Part shown: positions 19,055-32,438 of the stretch, piece after piece
Numbering within the stretch: position 1 is the first letter of the stretch
Layout: each line of letters begins with the position of its first letter
Source: an uncultured Pelagibacteraceae bacterium
Lineage (GTDB): Bacteria; Pseudomonadota; Alphaproteobacteria; Pelagibacterales; Pelagibacteraceae
Direction of reading: 5' to 3'
Assembly (NCBI GenBank): GCA_902617975.1
Contig: CACMYV010000003.1
Coordinates: forward strand, 23,394-87,393
Length of the DNA stretch: 64,000 nucleotides
The notes under the pieces: generated by a model
The model's database searches: none
Seen by the model: only the letters and a program-made list of their open reading frames with translations
Told to the model about the DNA's origin: nothing
Position numbers and translations under genes: made by a program

Positions 19055-20815
19055 ATGACTGTTTATTCTGCACCTGTGAAAGATATGATGTTCTTATTTG
19101 AACATCTAAAAGATAATAAAAATTATAACGAAATTGAAAAATATAAAGAAGTTACTTCTGATCTAGTAAAAGATATCTTAGAGGAAGCTGCAAAAATTAA
19201 TGAAGAAATGCTTCTTCCTTTAGCAAAAGCTGGAGACGAAAATCCTTGTGTCTATGAAAATGGAGTAGTTAGAACCCCTCCAGGTTATAAAGAGGCATAT
19301 TCAAAATTTATCGAAGATGGATGGGTATCTTTAACTTGTGATCCAAAATACGGTGGTCAAGGAATGCCGAAAACTGTAAGTGCTTTTTTTGATGAAATGC
19401 TTTCATCATCAAGTTTATCTTTTAAATTATATAGTGAATTAAGTATAGGTGCATACAATTGTATTTTGAGTCATGCAACTGAAGAAATTAAAAACACATA
19501 TCTTCCTAAAATTGTTGAGGGTAAATGGAGTGGGACAATGTGTTTAACAGAACCTCAGTGTGGAACAGATTTAGGATTAATTAAAACAAAGGCAATTAAA
19601 AATGAAAATGGTACTTATAATATAAGTGGACAAAAAATTTTTATTACATCTGGTGATCATGATTTGACTGAAAATATTATACACCTTGTTTTAGCAAGAA
19701 CGCAGGACGCTCCAAAAGGAACGAAAGGGATAAGTTTATTTTTAGTACCAAAATATGAAATTAATGAAGACGGTTCAATTGGTCCAAGAAATGGAGTCAA
19801 TACTGTTTCAATTGAATCAAAAATGGGTATTAAAGGTTCACCTGCATGTGTATTAAGTTTTGATGATGCCAAAGGTTATATGATCGGACCAGAGAACAAA
19901 GGCTTAAATTCTATGTTTACAATGATGAACTTAGAAAGAATCGTTGTCGGCATACAAGGACTAGGTCTATCTGAAACAGCTTATCAAACTGCTTTAAGTT
20001 ATTCGAAAGAGAGAAAGCAAGGTAAATCAAATAATAATTCTAATGGAGAAACAGATTTAATCATTAAGCATGCAGATATAAGAAGAAGTTTATTAAATAT
20101 GAAGTCTATAATTGAGGGAGAAAGATCTTTATCTTTTTGGATGGCTCAGCAGGTAGATGTAAGCTTAAGTCATAGTTCGGAGGAAGTAAAAAAAGATGCA
20201 TCGGATATTGTAGGTCTTATGACCCCTGTAATTAAGTCATTTTTTACAGATATGGGTATGGAAATAACCAATGAAGCAATTCAGGTTTTTGGTGGCTATG
20301 GTTATACAAAAGACCAAGGGATAGAACAATTATTCAGAGATAATAGAATTACACCTATTTATGAAGGAACTAATTCAGTGCAGGCAATTGATTTTGTATT
20401 TAGAAAAATAAGTCAGAAAAAAGTTTTTGATAATTTTATGAAATATGTAGAAACAGAAATTCAAAACTGTTCAAAAGTAGATAAATTAAATGAACATATA
20501 AAAAAAATATCTGAATTAAAAAATATATTGTCAGATTTCACTGACTGGATATCTCCTAATGGTAGCACACCAAAAGACGATATAAGCGCATCATGTAACG
20601 ATTATTTAAGATTTTTTGGTTATTTTTGTCTTTCATTTATATGGCTAAAGACAATGAGAAAAAGCTATGAAAATTTGGAAAATAATAAAGAGTTTTATGA
20701 AGATAAATTAAATACAGGAAATTACTATTTTGATAAAATTTTGCCTAGAGCTGAGAGCCATTATAAATCTGCTATTTCTGGTAGTAAATATACTATGAGC
20801 GCAAAATTTAACTGA
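19055..20815 (+). CDS. dmdC: Acyl-CoA dehydrogenase, probable 3-methylmercaptopropionyl-CoA dehydrogenase
   Basis: GTMCLTEPQCGTDL, KIFITSG, FGGYGY and IYEGTN motifs; clustered with dmdB and dmdA. Confidence 0.8.
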   Translation: MTVYSAPVKDMMFLFEHLKDNKNYNEIEKYKEVTSDLVKDILEEAAKINEEMLLPLAKAGDENPCVYENGVVRTPPGYKEAYSKFIEDGWVSLTCDPKYGGQGMPKTVSAFFDEMLSSSSLSFKLYSELSIGAYNCILSHATEEIKNTYLPKIVEGKWSGTMCLTEPQCGTDLGLIKTKAIKNENGTYNISGQKIFITSGDHDLTENIIHLVLARTQDAPKGTKGISLFLVPKYEINEDGSIGPRNGVNTVSIESKMGIKGSPACVLSFDDAKGYMIGPENKGLNSMFTMMNLERIVVGIQGLGLSETAYQTALSYSKERKQGKSNNNSNGETDLIIKHADIRRSLLNMKSIIEGERSLSFWMAQQVDVSLSHSSEEVKKDASDIVGLMTPVIKSFFTDMGMEITNEAIQVFGGYGYTKDQGIEQLFRDNRITPIYEGTNSVQAIDFVFRKISQKKVFDNFMKYVETEIQNCSKVDKLNEHIKKISELKNILSDFTDWISPNGSTPKDDISASCNDYLRFFGYFCLSFIWLKTMRKSYENLENNKEFYEDKLNTGNYYFDKILPRAESHYKSAISGSKYTMSAKFN

Positions 20816-22443
20816 TGAACAAATATAATCAGAACTTAGATAAAAATCCCTCAAATTATGTCCCTTTAACGCCGCTAAGCTTTCTAGAAAGAGCAAAAGA
20901 CATTTATCCAAATTATGAGGCTTTAGTATATGAAACAAAATCTTTTACTTGGACGGAAGTATTTAACAGGTGTATCAAATTTGCAAGTGCACTAGAGAAA
21001 ATTGGTATTGTTGAAGGAGATACAGTTTCAGTTATGACCTTTAATACTCCAGAGATTTTCGAGGCACATTATTCTGTTCCTATGACAGGAGCTGTTTTAA
21101 ATACAATTAATTCAAGACTTGATGCAAAAACTGTTGCTTATATTTTAGAACACAGTGAAGCAAAAGTATTAATAATAGATAGACAATTGCATGCTGTTGC
21201 AGAAAAAGCTTTATCAACTTTAAAAGACAAACCAATTGTAATTGATGTTCAAGACGATTTTGCTGACCAATCCTTATTAAAAAAAATTGGAGATAGAGAA
21301 TATGAGGAATTTTTAAATACTGGTGATGAAAGTTATATTTGGAAAAAACCAAAGGACGAGTGGCAAGCGATTTCTTTAAGTTATACATCTGGAACAACTG
21401 GAAATCCAAAAGGTGTTGTTTATCATCATAGAGGCTCTTATTTAATGTCAACAGGTAGTGCCGTTGCTTGGAATATGCCAAATAGATTAAATTTTTTAAC
21501 AGTTGTACCAATGTTCCACTGTAATGGATGGGGATACCCGTGGACAATACCAATGTTAAATGGAAAAACAGTTTGTTTAAGAGCTATTGATGTAAAAAAA
21601 ATATTTGAATTAATTGAAAAGCATGAAATTACCCATTTTGGAGGTGCACCTATTGTTCTTAATATGATAACAGGTGCATCACAAAATGATATTAAACAAT
21701 TAAAAAATAAAGTTTATGTTTTAACTGCTGGAGCACCACCTCCAAGTATTATTTTCAAAAAAATGAAAGCATTAGGATTTGAAGTAATGCATGTCTATGG
21801 TTTAACAGAAACATATGGACATGTTTTACAATGTGCTTGGAATGATGAATGGAATGGTTTTGAAGAAGATAAAATTAATGAAATTAAAGCAAGGCAAGGC
21901 GTGAGGTTTCCAAACACAGAAGGAGTGGTTGTTTTAGATCCAGAAACTATGAAACCTGTACCTATGGATGGAGAAACCATTGGCGAGATAATGATCAAAG
22001 GTAATGTTGTAATGAAAGGATATTTCAAGGACAAAGAGGCTACTGAAAAGGCTATGAAAGATGGATGGTTTCACTCTGGCGATTTGGCAGTTATTTATCC
22101 AGATGGATACATCAAGGTTAAAGATAGGTCGAAAGATATTATTATTTCAGGTGGAGAGAATATTTCTTCTATCGAAATCGAAAACACACTTTCTAAGCAC
22201 CCAGCTGTTTCAATTGTTGCAGTAGTAGCAAAACCAGATGAGAAATGGGGAGAAGTTCCATGCGCATTTATAGAGAAAGTGGCGGATAAAGAGACAAATG
22301 AAAAAGAATTAATCGATTTTTGTAGAGAAACTCTAGCAGGGTTCAAAATTCCAAAAAAAATAGACTTCTGTGAACTTCCAAAAACATCAACAGGCAAAAT
22401 CCAAAAATTTGAATTAAGAAAAAGAGCTAAGGAACTTAATTAG
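20815..22443 (+). CDS. dmdB: AMP-dependent CoA ligase, probable 3-methylmercaptopropionate-CoA ligase
   Basis: YTSGTTGNPKG, PMFHCNGW, YGLTETYG and SGGENISS motifs; lies between dmdC and dmdA. Confidence 0.82.
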   Translation: MNKYNQNLDKNPSNYVPLTPLSFLERAKDIYPNYEALVYETKSFTWTEVFNRCIKFASALEKIGIVEGDTVSVMTFNTPEIFEAHYSVPMTGAVLNTINSRLDAKTVAYILEHSEAKVLIIDRQLHAVAEKALSTLKDKPIVIDVQDDFADQSLLKKIGDREYEEFLNTGDESYIWKKPKDEWQAISLSYTSGTTGNPKGVVYHHRGSYLMSTGSAVAWNMPNRLNFLTVVPMFHCNGWGYPWTIPMLNGKTVCLRAIDVKKIFELIEKHEITHFGGAPIVLNMITGASQNDIKQLKNKVYVLTAGAPPPSIIFKKMKALGFEVMHVYGLTETYGHVLQCAWNDEWNGFEEDKINEIKARQGVRFPNTEGVVVLDPETMKPVPMDGETIGEIMIKGNVVMKGYFKDKEATEKAMKDGWFHSGDLAVIYPDGYIKVKDRSKDIIISGGENISSIEIENTLSKHPAVSIVAVVAKPDEKWGEVPCAFIEKVADKETNEKELIDFCRETLAGFKIPKKIDFCELPKTSTGKIQKFELRKRAKELN

Positions 22444-22508
22444 ATTTCTTTCAAATAAACAACTTACTTTCTTTACAAATAGATAAAAAGATGACACTAA
22501 GCTAAAAA

Positions 22509-23618
22509 ATGAAAAACTTTTCTATTGCAAAATCAAGAAGACTTAGAGGTACGCCTTATACATCAAGAATTGAAAAACAAGGTGTTACAGCTTACACAAT
22601 ATACAATCATATGTTGCTTCCTGCTGCATTTGGTTCTTTAGAAGACTCATATCATCATTTAAAAGAGCATGTTCAAGTTTGGGATGTGGCTGCTGAAAGA
22701 CAAGTAGAGATTACTGGAAAAGATGCTGCAAAATTGGTTCAACTTATGACTTGCAGAGATCTTTCGAAATCAAAAGATGGAAGATGTTATTATTGTCCAA
22801 TCATAGATGATAATGCTGGATTAATTAATGACCCAGTTGTTCTAAGATTTAATCAGAATAAATGGTGGGTTTCTATTGCAGATACAGATGTAATCTTATT
22901 TGCTAAAGGATTGGCAATCGGGAATAAATTTGATGTAAATATTATCGAACCTGAAGTTGATATTATGGCTGTGCAAGGGCCTAAATCATTTAAATTAATG
23001 GAAAAAGTTTTTGGTGAAAAAATAACAAATTTAAAATTTTTTGGTTTTGATTATTTTGATTTTGCTGGAGCCAAACATTTAATTGCTCAATCAGGATGGT
23101 CTAAACAAGGTGGATATGAAATTTATGTAGAGAATAATGAGGCGGGTTTAAAACTGTACGATCATTTATTTGAAATCGGAGATGAGTTTAATATTAGAGC
23201 AGGATGCCCCAATTTAATTGAACGTATCGAAAGTGGATTACTTTCTCAAGGAAACGATATGGACAATGGAGACAACCCATACGAATGTGGCTTTGATAAA
23301 TATATTAATGTTGATAGTGATGTTGAATTTTTAGGAAAAGAGAAATTAAAAAAAATAAAGTCTGAAGGAATTAAAAGAAAACTAATGGGCGTTAAAATTG
23401 ACACTGATAAAATAAGCGTAACTGGTTCAATGAATTTAACAGACGAAAAAAATAATATAATCGGAGAACTAAGATCAGGTTGTTACAATCCAACTTTTAA
23501 ACAGGTAATTGGTATAGCTATGATAAAAAAACCATATTTTGAAGCAAAGCAAACATTCAAAATTGATATAAATGGTAATAGTTTTAACGGAACAGTTTGC
23601 GATTTACCTTTCATTTAG
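22509..23618 (+). CDS. dmdA: DMSP demethylase (GcvT family)
   Basis: 369 aa; [40 protein letters not shown] closely matches the Pelagibacter DmdA sequence as recalled. Confidence 0.93.
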   Translation: MKNFSIAKSRRLRGTPYTSRIEKQGVTAYTIYNHMLLPAAFGSLEDSYHHLKEHVQVWDVAAERQVEITGKDAAKLVQLMTCRDLSKSKDGRCYYCPIIDDNAGLINDPVVLRFNQNKWWVSIADTDVILFAKGLAIGNKFDVNIIEPEVDIMAVQGPKSFKLMEKVFGEKITNLKFFGFDYFDFAGAKHLIAQSGWSKQGGYEIYVENNEAGLKLYDHLFEIGDEFNIRAGCPNLIERIESGLLSQGNDMDNGDNPYECGFDKYINVDSDVEFLGKEKLKKIKSEGIKRKLMGVKIDTDKISVTGSMNLTDEKNNIIGELRSGCYNPTFKQVIGIAMIKKPYFEAKQTFKIDINGNSFNGTVCDLPFI

Positions 23619-23632
23619 TATAAATCTTTAAA

Positions 23633-24643
23633 ATGACTAATATAGCTATCATCGGTGCAACCGGTAATGTTGGAAGAAAGACTCTAGAAGTTATAGAAAA
23701 AAAAGATATTAAATTTGACAACCTTTTTTTAGTTGCCTCTTCTAATAGTGCTGGAAAAAAAATAAGTTTTAAAGGCAAAGATTACGAAGTCCATGATCTT
23801 GAAAAATATGATTTTTCAAATGCGAATATAACTTTTTTTGCAGCTGGCGGTAAAATTGCAGAGCAATATGCAGAAAGTGCAGCAAAATTAACAACTGTAA
23901 TTGATAATTCCAGTTTTTTTAGAATGGACCCCGATGTTCCACTTATTGTGCCTCAAGTGAATGCAGAAAAAATTAATGAAATGAAAAAAAATATTGTAGC
24001 AAATCCTAACTGCTCAACAGCTCAGTTAGTATTAGCTCTTAAACCATTACATGATTTATATAAAATAAAAAGGGTGATAGTTTCTACCTATCAATCTGTT
24101 TCTGGAGGCGGAAAAGCACCTATGGATGAATTGATTGAACAAACTAAATCTTATCTTGATGGAAATTCTGTTCAATCTAAAAATTTTACTAAACAAATAG
24201 CTTTTAATATAATTCCTCACATTGATGTTTTTTCGGATGATGGATACACAAAAGAAGAATTGAAAATGACTAATGAAACAAAAAAAATACTGGATAATAA
24301 TATAGAGTTAACAGCTACGTGCGTTAGAATTCCTGTTCTAGTATCACATTCAGAGTCAGTAAATATAGAGTTTGAAAATCCTTACTCTCTTGATAAAATC
24401 AGAGAAGCATTAAATAATGCTGATGGTTGTAGAGTTATAGATAAAAGAGAAAATGGAGGATATAGCACACCAATAGAAGCAACTGGTAGTGATGAAACAT
24501 TTATCTCGAGAATTAGAGATGATAAGACAAAAGAGAACTCAATTAATTTGTGGATCGTTTCAGATAACCTATTAAGAGGAGCCGCATTGAATTCTGTTGA
24601 AATTGCAGAAACAATAATGAAAGCAAATCAAAATGGAAAATAA
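23633..24643 (+). CDS. asd: Aspartate-semialdehyde dehydrogenase
   Basis: GATGNVG, NPNCST, TCVRIPV and DNLLRGAALN motifs. Confidence 0.97.
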   Translation: MTNIAIIGATGNVGRKTLEVIEKKDIKFDNLFLVASSNSAGKKISFKGKDYEVHDLEKYDFSNANITFFAAGGKIAEQYAESAAKLTTVIDNSSFFRMDPDVPLIVPQVNAEKINEMKKNIVANPNCSTAQLVLALKPLHDLYKIKRVIVSTYQSVSGGGKAPMDELIEQTKSYLDGNSVQSKNFTKQIAFNIIPHIDVFSDDGYTKEELKMTNETKKILDNNIELTATCVRIPVLVSHSESVNIEFENPYSLDKIREALNNADGCRVIDKRENGGYSTPIEATGSDETFISRIRDDKTKENSINLWIVSDNLLRGAALNSVEIAETIMKANQNGK

Positions 24644-25013
24644 TCCTTTATCTCCTCACATTCAAATTTATAGATGGCATGTTTCATCTTTAGTTTCAAT
24701 ATCTCATAGAATTACTGGAATAATAAATATATTAGCAATTACTTTAATTTGTATTTTTTTTATATTTTTTTCATTTATTGAAGGAAGTCATGAATTTATA
24801 AAGTTTTTCCTCCAATCTATTATTGGAAAATTTTTTATATTGGGTATTACATGGTCTTTTAGTTTTCAAATCTTAAGTGAGATAAGACATTTAATTATGG
24901 ATTTTGGTTATGGATTTGAATTAAAAACTACAAAAATCACTGGCTTAGTTGTAATCTTTGGATCTTTTGTTTTAACCGTTTCAATTTATTTAATAGGAAG
25001 AAATTTATTGTAA
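24633..25013 (+). CDS. sdhC: Succinate dehydrogenase membrane anchor subunit C
   Basis: PLSPHIQIY, SISHRITG and IRHL motifs; three TM segments; position in the sdh operon. Confidence 0.93.
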   Translation: MENNPLSPHIQIYRWHVSSLVSISHRITGIINILAITLICIFFIFFSFIEGSHEFIKFFLQSIIGKFFILGITWSFSFQILSEIRHLIMDFGYGFELKTTKITGLVVIFGSFVLTVSIYLIGRNLL

Positions 25014-25342
25014 TGAGAGCAGTAACAAAAAAATGGGTGTTTCTAAAAGTGAGTTCTCTCATATTGGTACCTTTGATGCTATGGTTTGCTTTAAATCTGG
25101 TAAGTATTTATGACAAAAGTTACTTAGAGATATTGACTTTTCTAACTTCTCAACCTTCAAAGTTTATATTTAGTCTTTTTCTTATTTTTGCTTACTTTTT
25201 CTCAGCATTAAGCATCAGTGAGGTTTTTGAAGACTATATTAAAGACGTAAAAATCAAAAATGCCGCAAACAAAGCTTTAAATTTTTTTGCTATAACAATT
25301 CCTTTAATTACAATATTTGCGGTATTTAAACTAACTATATGA
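25013..25342 (+). CDS. sdhD: Succinate dehydrogenase membrane anchor subunit D
   Basis: Three TM segments, EDY quinone-site motif, between sdhC and sdhA. Confidence 0.88.
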   Translation: MRAVTKKWVFLKVSSLILVPLMLWFALNLVSIYDKSYLEILTFLTSQPSKFIFSLFLIFAYFFSALSISEVFEDYIKDVKIKNAANKALNFFAITIPLITIFAVFKLTI

Positions 25343-27114
25343 AATCTTATAATATTATAGATCATGAATACGATGTCGTTGTCCTTGGAGCTGGAGGCTC
25401 TGGCCTAAGAGCTGCGGTTGGCTTAAGTGAAGCTGGATTAAAAACTGCATGCATTTCTAAGGTCTTTCCAACTAGAAGTCACACATCTGCTGCGCAAGGT
25501 GGAATTTCAGCAGCCCTTGGAAACATGGGTGAAGATGATTGGCGTTGGCACATGTATGATACTGTAAAAGGAGCGGATTGGTTAGGCGATCAAGATAGTA
25601 TTGAATATTTGTGTAAGGAAGCTCCGAAAGCGGTTTTAGAATTGGAAAAGTATGGTGTTCCTTTTAGTAGAACAGAAGATGGAAAAATCTATCAAAGACC
25701 ATTTGGAGGAATGACAAAAAATTATGGAAATGGAATAGTACAAAGAACTTGTGCAGCGGCAGACAGAACTGGTCATGCAATTCTCCATACATTGTATGGT
25801 CAAGCACTAAAACATAATACAGAATTTTTTATTGAATATTTTGCATTAGACTTAATTATGAAAGATGGACAATGCAAAGGTTTAATTGCTTGGAATTTAA
25901 ATGATGGAACAATTCATCGTTTTAGATCTCACATAACAATTATAGCCACAGGGGGATATGGGAAAGTGTATTACTCAGCAACATCTGCACATACTTGTAC
26001 TGGTGATGGTAATGCAATGGTATTAAGAGCTGGATTACCTCTTCAAGATATGGAGTTTGTGCAATTTCACCCAACAGGAATATATGGACATGGAACACTT
26101 ATTTCTGAAGGTGTAAGGGGTGAAGGTGGATATTTGGTAAACTCTAAAGGTGAGAGATTTATGGAGAGATATGCTCCTAACGCTAAAGATCTTGCATCAA
26201 GAGATGTAGTTAGCAGATCAATGTCAATTGAAATCAATGAGGGAAGAGGTGTTGGTAAAGATCAAGACCATGTTCATTTATATTTAAGTCATTTAGATAA
26301 AAAGGTTATTGAAGATAGATTGCCAGGCATCACAGAAGCAGCAAGATTATTTGCAAATGTAGATGTAACTAAAGAACCAATACCAGTTGTTCCAACTGTT
26401 CATTATAATATGGGTGGTATACCAACAAATTATAAAGCTGAAGTTTTAACAGTAAACGGATCTCAAAAAACAGTCCCAGGCTTGATGGCGATTGGTGAGG
26501 CCGCATGCGTATCTGTGCATGGAGCAAATAGATTAGGTTCAAATTCACTAATTGATTTGGTTGTTTTTGGAAGAGCTGCAGCTAAGAGAGCGGCGGAATT
26601 AGTAAAACCTGGTACGCCTCACGAAGAAGTTAGTGAAAGCGAAACTGAAAAATGTCTAAATAGATTTGATAAACTGAGATATGCAGAGGGTGATAATGGA
26701 ACTGCTGAACTTAGACTGGCGATGCAAAAAACAATGCAGTCTAAATGCGCTGTATTTAGAACTGAAAAGAATCTTAAAGAGGGCGTAGATGAGATCAGAA
26801 AAACCTATGACGGCATGGAATCGATTTCTGTTAAAGATAAATCGTTGGTATTCAATACTGATTTAGTTGAGACTTTAGAATTTGATAATTTAATTAGACA
26901 AGCGATAACAACTGTAGATTCTGCATATCACAGAAAAGAAAGCAGAGGAGCTCATGCCCGTGAAGATTATCCGAAAAGAAATGATGAAAAATTTATGAAA
27001 CATACATTATCTTGGTGTGACGGAAAAAATACTAAAATTGAATACAGAGATGTACATACTTCAACATTAACAAATGAAGTCCAATATTTTCCTCCACAAG
27101 AAAGAGTGTATTAA
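25339..27114 (+). CDS. sdhA: Succinate dehydrogenase flavoprotein
   Basis: [16 protein letters not shown] (FAD-His), QFHPTG and [11 protein letters not shown] motifs. Confidence 0.98.
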   Translation: MKSYNIIDHEYDVVVLGAGGSGLRAAVGLSEAGLKTACISKVFPTRSHTSAAQGGISAALGNMGEDDWRWHMYDTVKGADWLGDQDSIEYLCKEAPKAVLELEKYGVPFSRTEDGKIYQRPFGGMTKNYGNGIVQRTCAAADRTGHAILHTLYGQALKHNTEFFIEYFALDLIMKDGQCKGLIAWNLNDGTIHRFRSHITIIATGGYGKVYYSATSAHTCTGDGNAMVLRAGLPLQDMEFVQFHPTGIYGHGTLISEGVRGEGGYLVNSKGERFMERYAPNAKDLASRDVVSRSMSIEINEGRGVGKDQDHVHLYLSHLDKKVIEDRLPGITEAARLFANVDVTKEPIPVVPTVHYNMGGIPTNYKAEVLTVNGSQKTVPGLMAIGEAACVSVHGANRLGSNSLIDLVVFGRAAAKRAAELVKPGTPHEEVSESETEKCLNRFDKLRYAEGDNGTAELRLAMQKTMQSKCAVFRTEKNLKEGVDEIRKTYDGMESISVKDKSLVFNTDLVETLEFDNLIRQAITTVDSAYHRKESRGAHAREDYPKRNDEKFMKHTLSWCDGKNTKIEYRDVHTSTLTNEVQYFPPQERVY

Positions 27115-27887
27115 TGGTTCAATTAAATTTACCACAAAACTCAAAAGTTAATAAAGGTAAATATTTTAAAGACAAAACTGGTTCAACGAATATTAGAAAA
27201 GTAAATGTTTATAGATGGGATCCAACCACTGGAGAGAACCCAAGAATAGACACATATGAAGTAGATATGGATAATTGTCCATCTAAAGTTTTAGACATAC
27301 TAAATAAAATTAAAAACGAAATTGATCCAACACTTGCATATAGAAGATCTTGTGCGCATGGAGTTTGTGGTTCTTGTGCAATGAATATGGGTGGAAAAAA
27401 TGGTCTTGCATGTACTAAGCCACATGCAGAAATTAAGGGAGATATAGATATATACCCTTTGCCTCACTTAAAAGTAAAAAAAGATTTAATAGGAGACTTA
27501 AGTGGATTATATAAACAATACCAATCCATTGAACCTTGGTTAAAAAATAATTCAAAAAGTGAAACAACAGAAATTCATCAATCTCCAAAAGATAGAGCTA
27601 AACTTGATGGAGCTTATGAATGTATAATGTGTGCTTGTTGTTCTACTTCATGTCCTAGTTACTGGTGGAATGGTGATAAGTATTTAGGTCCTGCAGTTTT
27701 ATTACAAGCTTATAGATGGATAATGGATAGCAGAGACGAAGATAGAAAGGAAAGACTTCAAAAGGTTGCAGATGAACTTAAGCTTTATAGATGCCATACG
27801 ATTTTGAACTGCACTAACGCATGTCCAAAAGGATTAAATCCAGCAAAAGCTATTGCTGAGATAAAGAAAATGCTTGCAACCACATAA
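27114..27887 (+). CDS. sdhB: Succinate dehydrogenase iron-sulfur subunit
   Basis: [22 protein letters not shown] and [12 protein letters not shown] cluster motifs. Confidence 0.98.
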   Translation: MVQLNLPQNSKVNKGKYFKDKTGSTNIRKVNVYRWDPTTGENPRIDTYEVDMDNCPSKVLDILNKIKNEIDPTLAYRRSCAHGVCGSCAMNMGGKNGLACTKPHAEIKGDIDIYPLPHLKVKKDLIGDLSGLYKQYQSIEPWLKNNSKSETTEIHQSPKDRAKLDGAYECIMCACCSTSCPSYWWNGDKYLGPAVLLQAYRWIMDSRDEDRKERLQKVADELKLYRCHTILNCTNACPKGLNPAKAIAEIKKMLATT

Positions 27888-27907
27888 TTACTTATTTAAA
27901 TACATCC

Positions 27908-30368
<2,461 letters not shown>

Positions 30369-30371
30369 TTA

Positions 30372-31532
30372 ATGAATATTCACGAACACCAAGCAAAGAA
30401 TATACTTAGAAAATATGGAGCTAATGTTCCGGATGGAGTTTATGCTCTAGATGTAAATGAATTATTAGAAAAAGCTAAAAACCTTAAAACTGATAAATAT
30501 GTATTGAAAGCACAAATTCATGCCGGAGGAAGAGGTAAAGCTGGTGGAGTTAAAATAGTAAATGATTTAAAAAGTCTTGAAACAGAAGCAAAATCTTTGC
30601 TTGGAAAAAAATTAATCACTCATCAGACAGGACCTAGCGGAAGAATTGTTAAAAGATTATATGTCGAAGTTTCATCTAACATTGATAAAGAATTTTATTT
30701 GTCTTGCGTTGTAGATCGTGCAAGTTCGAAGATAGCTTTTATCTCAAGTGATCAAGGGGGTATGGATATAGAAGAAGTCGCAATGAAATCTCCTGAGAAA
30801 ATTTTAACAACAAAAGTAGATTTAGATAACGAAATATCTGATGAAAATTGTAATAAAATAATAAGTATTTTTAATTTAGATGAAGAAACAAAAGAACAAG
30901 GAATTAGTCTAATCAAGTCCATATACAAATTATTTATAGAAACAGACGCTAATTTAATTGAAATTAATCCTTTAATTTTAACAAAAGAAAAAGAGTTGAT
31001 TTGTTTAGATGCAAAAATGAATTTTGATGGAAATGCTTTATTCAGACATCCAGAGCTAATTGAGTTGAGAGACCTCAATGAAGAAGAAGAAACAGAGATA
31101 GAAGCTAGCAAGCATGATTTAGCATATATTAAACTTGATGGTACAATTGGATGCATGGTTAATGGAGCTGGGCTTGCAATGGCAACCATGGACATAATTA
31201 AATTATATGGAAAGGAACCAGCAAATTTTTTAGATGTTGGTGGTGGGGCTTCTAAAGAAAAAGTGGCAGCTGCTTTTAAAATAATTTTATCAGATAAAAA
31301 TGTTAAAGGAATATTGATTAATATTTTTGGCGGAATAATGAGATGTGATGTTCTTGCCCAAGGTGTTGTGGATGCAGCAAAAGAAATAAAAATGAATGTT
31401 CCTTTAGTTGTAAGATTGGCCGGAACAAATTTTGAAGAGGGAAAAAAAATACTTGATAATTCAGGTCTTGAGTTAATTTCTGCTTCTGATTTATCAGATG
31501 CTGCTAAAAAAATTGTAGAGGCTATTAAATAA
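30372..31532 (+). CDS. sucC: Succinyl-CoA synthetase beta subunit
   Basis: [27 protein letters not shown] and [10 protein letters not shown] motifs. Confidence 0.98.
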   Translation: MNIHEHQAKNILRKYGANVPDGVYALDVNELLEKAKNLKTDKYVLKAQIHAGGRGKAGGVKIVNDLKSLETEAKSLLGKKLITHQTGPSGRIVKRLYVEVSSNIDKEFYLSCVVDRASSKIAFISSDQGGMDIEEVAMKSPEKILTTKVDLDNEISDENCNKIISIFNLDEETKEQGISLIKSIYKLFIETDANLIEINPLILTKEKELICLDAKMNFDGNALFRHPELIELRDLNEEEETEIEASKHDLAYIKLDGTIGCMVNGAGLAMATMDIIKLYGKEPANFLDVGGGASKEKVAAAFKIILSDKNVKGILINIFGGIMRCDVLAQGVVDAAKEIKMNVPLVVRLAGTNFEEGKKILDNSGLELISASDLSDAAKKIVEAIK

Positions 31533-32408
31533 ATGTCAGTTTTAGTTAATAAAAACACAAAGTTAATTTGCCAAGGTTTTACGGGTAGTCACGGAACTTT
31601 TCATTCAGAGCAAGCACTTAAATATGGAACAAATTTAGTCGGAGGAGTTACACCAAAAAAAGGTGGTCAAACTCATCTAGATAGACCAGTATTTAATACA
31701 GTAAAGGAAGCAGTCGATAAAACTGGTGCCAACGCAACTATGATTTATGTTCCTGCGAAATTTGCATCCGCAGCAATCATAGAGGCCATTGAAGCTAACT
31801 TAGAATTAATCGTTTGTATCACTGAGGGTATACCAGTTCTTGATATGATTAAGGTCAAAAAAAAGTTACTTAATTCAAAATCAAGACTAATCGGTCCCAA
31901 TTGTCCAGGGATAATTACGCCTGATGAATGCAAGATCGGAATAATGCCAGGAAATATACATAAAAAGGGTTCTGTTGGTATTGTATCAAGATCTGGAACT
32001 TTGACCTATGAGGCTGTCGCACAAACTACAGAGAATGATTTGGGGCAATCAACATGTATAGGTATAGGTGGTGATCCAATAAATGGTACGAACTTCATTG
32101 ATTGTTTAGATTTATTTTTAAAGGATGAGGAAACTAAATCAATTTTAATGATTGGTGAAATAGGAGGATCAGCTGAAGAGGAAGCAGCTGAATTTGTAAA
32201 AAATCATGAAATAAAAAAACCCATGGTTGGTTTTATTGCAGGTGTTACAGCACCACCTGGTAGAAGAATGGGACATGCAGGCGCCATAATATCAGGTGGC
32301 AAAGGCGGGGCCAAAGATAAAATCAAAAAAATGGAAGATTGTGGTATAGAAGTTGCCACATCCCCTTCAGAAATTGGAAAAACATTGTTAAATAAATTGT
32401 CCAATTGA
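31533..32408 (+). CDS. sucD: Succinyl-CoA synthetase alpha subunit
   Basis: [20 protein letters not shown] and MGHAGA motifs. Confidence 0.98.
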   Translation: MSVLVNKNTKLICQGFTGSHGTFHSEQALKYGTNLVGGVTPKKGGQTHLDRPVFNTVKEAVDKTGANATMIYVPAKFASAAIIEAIEANLELIVCITEGIPVLDMIKVKKKLLNSKSRLIGPNCPGIITPDECKIGIMPGNIHKKGSVGIVSRSGTLTYEAVAQTTENDLGQSTCIGIGGDPINGTNFIDCLDLFLKDEETKSILMIGEIGGSAEEEAAEFVKNHEIKKPMVGFIAGVTAPPGRRMGHAGAIISGGKGGAKDKIKKMEDCGIEVATSPSEIGKTLLNKLSN

Positions 32409-32438
32409 AAACAAAATTTAGTATTATATTAAAATAAA

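Noticed and set aside
22444-22511. Possible SAM-II/SAM-V riboswitch before dmdA (GATTT ... GCTAAAAAATG resembles the metX aptamer ends)
   Set aside because: No P1 helix and no UUGC-type pairing partner for GCUAAA; the spacer is AT-rich and unstructured.
30752-31558. 268-aa antisense ORF opposite sucC
   Set aside because: Codon-register shadow of a conserved, highly expressed gene; no recognisable motifs.
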